From assembly GCA_051362555.1 (NCBI GenBank), contig CM120644.1, positions 18,374,534 through 18,438,533 of the forward strand: a stretch of DNA of 64,000 nt. The letters run 5' to 3'. Positions within the stretch are counted from its first letter, which is position 1, and each line of letters opens with the position of its first letter. This document shows, in pieces, positions 39,243-64,000 of the stretch. The translations under genes and the position numbers were made by a program. This DNA comes from Lingula anatina. Its lineage: Eukaryota > Animalia > Brachiopoda. The notes below the pieces were generated by a model. It had not been told where the DNA came from. It was given only the letters and a program-made list of their open reading frames with translations, and ran no database searches.

Positions 39243-40602
39243 TAAACAGTAGGAAATTGACCAAATGTATGGTGTGCTTTTGAAGGAAGCGAGCCAGTCT
39301 CGTATTGACAATTTTTATATTGATAATTGAACATTTATATCTATCTTCATTGTTATTTTTACTTTACTATTAACATTTTCCTATGAACTGCCGACTTTGA
39401 GAAATCCAATGCGTGGTGACAAATGGGTCCAGAGATAGAGACGTATCTTTCTCACAATGAAATGGTTTTCTTTAAAATAATTTTTATTGACTAAGTCACA
39501 CATGCGATTCACCTCCTCAAATATAAAAACGCCCCATGCCGATAATTCCTCCTCAAAGACAGGGAAGATGATGGGGGTCTAAATGAAAGGTAATTCGTTA
39601 AGAACTACTACTTACACGGGCACACAAAGCGTTTTTGGTTGGAAATGATAAACAAAGACACTCCAAATGAACAAAATCTATTTCAAATTCAACGTCAAAC
39701 ACGTGTCCTTGAAAATAATCAGGGACAAAAGTCCCTTCTCTAGCAGTAGAGCTTTTCATTTGGGATGTCGAGATGGCAGAATTGTGAGGGAATGCGTGTT
39801 AGTATTCGTTTTTTCTTGTTTTTTTTTTTTCACAAAGGCCTCACTAAAATTATTCCTCTTCAAATCAACTGCACGTTTCATTTATGCACTTTAAACTAAG
39901 TGAACAGTGAACGAGTAATAGTGGATGCCTTTATTTGGTAGTTTAACCTCACAACATTAAGAAAAACATCACACACAAATATTGTGGCAGTATATGCGCT
40001 TGTATACATATGGGAATTTCATGCTGACCAAGGAACAGAAAATAGTGCTTTTTCTACAGGGTACATACAGCTAAAAATACTGCTGCTATAATAAATATAC
40101 ACATCATTTGAAACCAGTCACAGCAAATGCGTCAATGTTCAAAATATCTCTTCAATGCCTTTACTTGTAAACAGTAAATACATACAATAAATAGGTAAAA
40201 TTCTTCTACCCGTATGGTTTTGTACAGGGCAGACTGGGTTAGTTCTCTATTGGCTGAGGAAGTCCATAAGGTCTGCATAGAAATGCTGCTATTCTATTGA
40301 TAGTTCGTATTGAGAAACTTGGAAAGACAGAAAGACAAAAATATTGCCTCACAGCCAACCAAATGAGCCATATTTACAACCGCATGTGTTATAATTATCT
40401 ATATTCAGTGTTTTTAGCTTTCTTAATCCATACATAGTGAAGAAGTTCTGAAATCCATGTTAATTTAAATTATTAAAGAAAGATTTATCTAGACAATGAG
40501 GGTACGTAAGTCCAAGGTGTGCTTTTAAATAATCACTTCAAAAGTGTCTAAGTTGATCATTGTAACTTGTCTATGTGTCAATTATCCTAAAAGTTAGAAA
40601 CG

Positions 40603-41435
40603 TTATTTAGCTGTTTCTACTTCCAGGTATTTTATAAGATCGCCTCTTGCGCCAGGTTTCTTGATTCCAGCAAAGATCATTTTCGTGCCTGGGATATATT
40701 TCTTCGGGTTCTCCAGGTATTCGAAGATGGTTTCCCTTGCCCAGGTAATTCCTAAAATAATAATAATAATAATAGTAATAATAATAATAATAAACTCACA
40801 TAATATCAAAATGAATACCTTTCACAATGTTTCATGAGAGTTAAAACTACATCAAAGTAGAAATCATGCCAAATTGTGATTATTTTCAAGTCCGATATTT
40901 GAAAATGCAATGTTGAGACAGTATTTACCCCTTTAAAAAATGTAGCATTGCTCTGTACATGCACACGTGTCCATGTGAGAGAAAGGGAGCTTTCACAATC
41001 AAATGACTCTCGGGATAACTACATAGCAGCTCAAATATAGTACGACCCGCTTGAAAGCATGTGCCGATATTGAATTGCTCTGCCCCTGCTGGGAGGCGGG
41101 GGCATACTTTACACCATTGTTACGGGATTGCGCGCTAAACTTTCAAGTGTGGACCATATTTCATCTGCGTACAAGTTAATCTACGGACCAACTGGTTGTG
41201 ATTGCTCCCACAAAGGGTGCCATATTCAATCAAATGGATTACCTTTGGACTTGTTGGCGTCAGTGTAAGCAAATCCTGGTGCCTGTCCAGTTTGGCGACC
41301 AAAAAGCCCGTAGAGGTTTGGTCCTGTCTTGTGGGGTTGATCCTTATTCAATGTGTGACACTGCGAACATTTCTGCTTGAAGACCTGCTTTCCCTTTTCA
41401 TAGTCGCCCTCTGGGATTCCCCCTTTCTTTCCCAT
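40603..41435 (-). CDS. CYCS: Cytochrome c (113 aa)
   Basis: Coding exons 41435-41243 and 40751-40603 with a phase-1 GT-AG intron. Contains the CSQCH heme site, KTGPNL and [18 protein letters not shown] (Met80 ligand), plus an invertebrate-type N-terminal extension [11 protein letters not shown]. An acceptor lies 3 nt upstream of the ATG. Confidence 0.96.
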
Positions 41436-41692
41436 GATCTATAAAGAATGAAATCATTAGTTATAAATGTGTATTTGTAATTACTTTTCACATGTATCAG
41501 TGTCTTTTTTTTAATATCTTATTTTCACAATATGTAAAGCCATTTTACTGGGTGTATATTATTCTTCAAGGCATAGTATGATATGGAAATGTCCACTTGA
41601 ATTATGCATAGATAAAACGGGCCCAACTTGGCAAATGGATCTGTCAAAACAACCCAAGATCAAGCAAACTAACCAGGCTCCCATTTTACACA

Positions 41693-41726
<34 letters not shown>

Positions 41727-42737
41727 TTTGTGCTAGTAATTGACTAGCCTGGACTAAATGACCTAGCTTGGATGGTCCCTTAAATTTATATTTTTAAATT
41801 TGATAAATTTCAGTAACATCCAATGGCTAGTGACTAAAGATGAAATCTGTCTGAGCCTTAAATCTAATTATTAATCAAGACAGTGTAAGGTTCTACTCAA
41901 AATTTTATGCCAGATGACCAATTCTATGTTGCAGCACTTCACTGATTCTGCATTTGGACAGTATACAAGCGAGTACTCCAGGTGACTTGGCTACGTTCAG
42001 AATAACGTTACCGCACTAGCAACATTGATCTATCTGAGCTAGAATTGTCTTTAGGGCACAGTCAATACAATTAGCTTAACTGTCTGGCACACCCCCTTGC
42101 ACAGCAACATGAGTGCCATCATGGACTTCAAAATTTTCCAGACCCAAGTACTTTAAGTTACGAGGGGGGACGTACCAGGCAATTAAGCTGACTACATAGA
42201 CTGCTCTTTAGCAAGAATCCCTACTGATTAAGATAGAACGATTCTGCTAGTGTGATAACTTCTTCTCTGACCACAGCCTAAGACCCCACTCCCACACCTA
42301 GGGCGCATTCCCATAGATTTTAGATCGATCTATCCCCGTGGGGAGTCTCACTAGATTACTGTCAGATAATGCGGCTTAAATGTCCGTCCCGCCTACTACA
42401 AGCTGTAAGGGGGTAATTAACTTTCGTGGAGTCTTAGATCGATCTAGCAGGACACGCCCATTACAGAGGGCATTCTCGCTAAACTGCACTCACATTAAGC
42501 AGCTTGATGTCGAAGCTGCTAAACATGAGTCAATTAGCCCCTAACAGCTTCAGTAGGCGTGTCAGACATCAGAGCCACTTACTAGTCAGCTGAATGTAAT
42601 TAAGGGAGAAACTCCTCTGATAAGGGTCAATCCTGCTAGATCGAACAAGAAATGGGAACGAGGTCTTACTCTCCCAAATTAACCCCAAAGTAAACAGTCT
42701 AACCCAAGGCAGAGAAAGTTTGGATATGATGCCCACG

Positions 42738-42795
<58 letters not shown>

Positions 42796-44103
42796 AAAGT
42801 ACATCACTTCTCCCCCTTTAACTTTGTGTACAGATTCAACCCATGCCCTGCTCTGGTATAACTATTTGGCAAAATCTACATGTTAATATCAACCAGTAAG
42901 TCACATTTTCCACATTTCAAGGTGAACTACGACTGACCGAAGGTGAAGGTCAATTGAGGACAAACTACGATTTAGTACTGACAGCATGGGCACCACGTGT
43001 GCACAGTACCACCTCTTTCCTCACGTTCTCCCAAATTGTTACTATCACAAGATCTGATAGCTTCAGTACGTTAAGTTTTCATAACTGATCGGCGGTGGTT
43101 GATTTCAAGGACACCAAATAAATTTTTTACGTTATTTTTTCCGATTGACATTCAAATATGTCCAAAAAAGGGATCGCACTACTTCAGCTGCTGATGGCGC
43201 CTGCTGTTGAAAGAACGAGCTTACCACTTAATGTCTTCGTGTTTGTAACCTTAGCAGTTCTTTGAACAGTTCCTATCCTATATAGAAAAGACTCTCCTCT
43301 TATACAACACGGCGGAGGGTATTATGAAACAGTGCGATCTAGAAACTTCGTGATTCTATTTCATCAGCTGATTGCCCATTTCACCCTACGATTCATGGAC
43401 CGATCTGTAAAAAATTGGCCCCAAGCAAAAGTCCTTTTCTTCACAAATCCAAATGAGAAAATTTTTGTATCAATTATGTAGTTGATATTGATACTGTGAT
43501 CAATTTTCAGTTAAAACTTACCTAAGTAGTGTTCTTCTACTAACGTCAAACACGTTCCACCGGTAATGGAGGTCGATCCTAGTATGTGACGTCACAGCGT
43601 TAGGTCGAATTTGAATACTAATTTTGAGGGATGAAAACTTCCTTGCATAACCCCAAAAGACTATTTTTTAATCTTATTTAGATATCTGAAAATTAACAAC
43701 ATATATATTTTCAAGAAAGCTTATATATAGCTCCTCTTTTACATAATAATTTCGTTTTAAGCCATGAAGCATTCTATCAAGTAGTCCATAAACCCCTTTC
43801 AGAACGTTTGTGGATTTTAAACTCGTCCATACTGTTCTTACGAAATATGTTGTATATTTTAAATGGAAGAATGATCTTTTGTGATTTTTGTTTATACTTT
43901 GGATTCAAACTATAATAAATGTATTATATGTGGTTTATATCCCATTTAATTCAGTTCACACAGTTTATATCATTTATCCCATCATTCCTCAGTGACTAAA
44001 ATGTCAAGGTCATTCGGTTCTAGGGCAGACGAAGTCTGTAGTTGAATGTTTCGTAGCGTTTTTCTTACAAGCAAAGCACTGCTACTGCTTGAGAAAAACC
44101 AAA

Positions 44104-64000
<19,897 letters not shown>

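Overview
AT-rich, intron-containing animal genomic DNA; it is inferred to be an invertebrate, and the repeat types resemble those of molluscs/lophotrochozoans. Genes from left to right: the 3' exons of a RING-finger/coiled-coil gene (+); four intronless MGAT3/GT17-like glycosyltransferase copies (one on -, three in tandem on +, the middle one a pseudogene); a decayed cytochrome c duplicate and an intact cytochrome c gene (-); and, head-to-head with it, the first 12 coding exons of methylmalonyl-CoA mutase (MMUT, +). Intergenic and intronic space holds two degenerate Tc1 elements, Helentron-type (DINE/HINE) elements carrying ~160-bp satellites, several MITE families and a minimal hammerhead ribozyme inside an inverted repeat. 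Most notable: (1) a tandem array of copies of the MMUT exon-13 splice acceptor plus exon start, with older duplicates of the same kind before other MMUT exons; (2) patchwork gene conversion among the MGAT3-like paralogs; (3) the hammerhead; (4) an ERRE/CRE-rich bidirectional cytochrome c/MMUT promoter. All coordinates were read by eye, and element ends may be off by a few bases.
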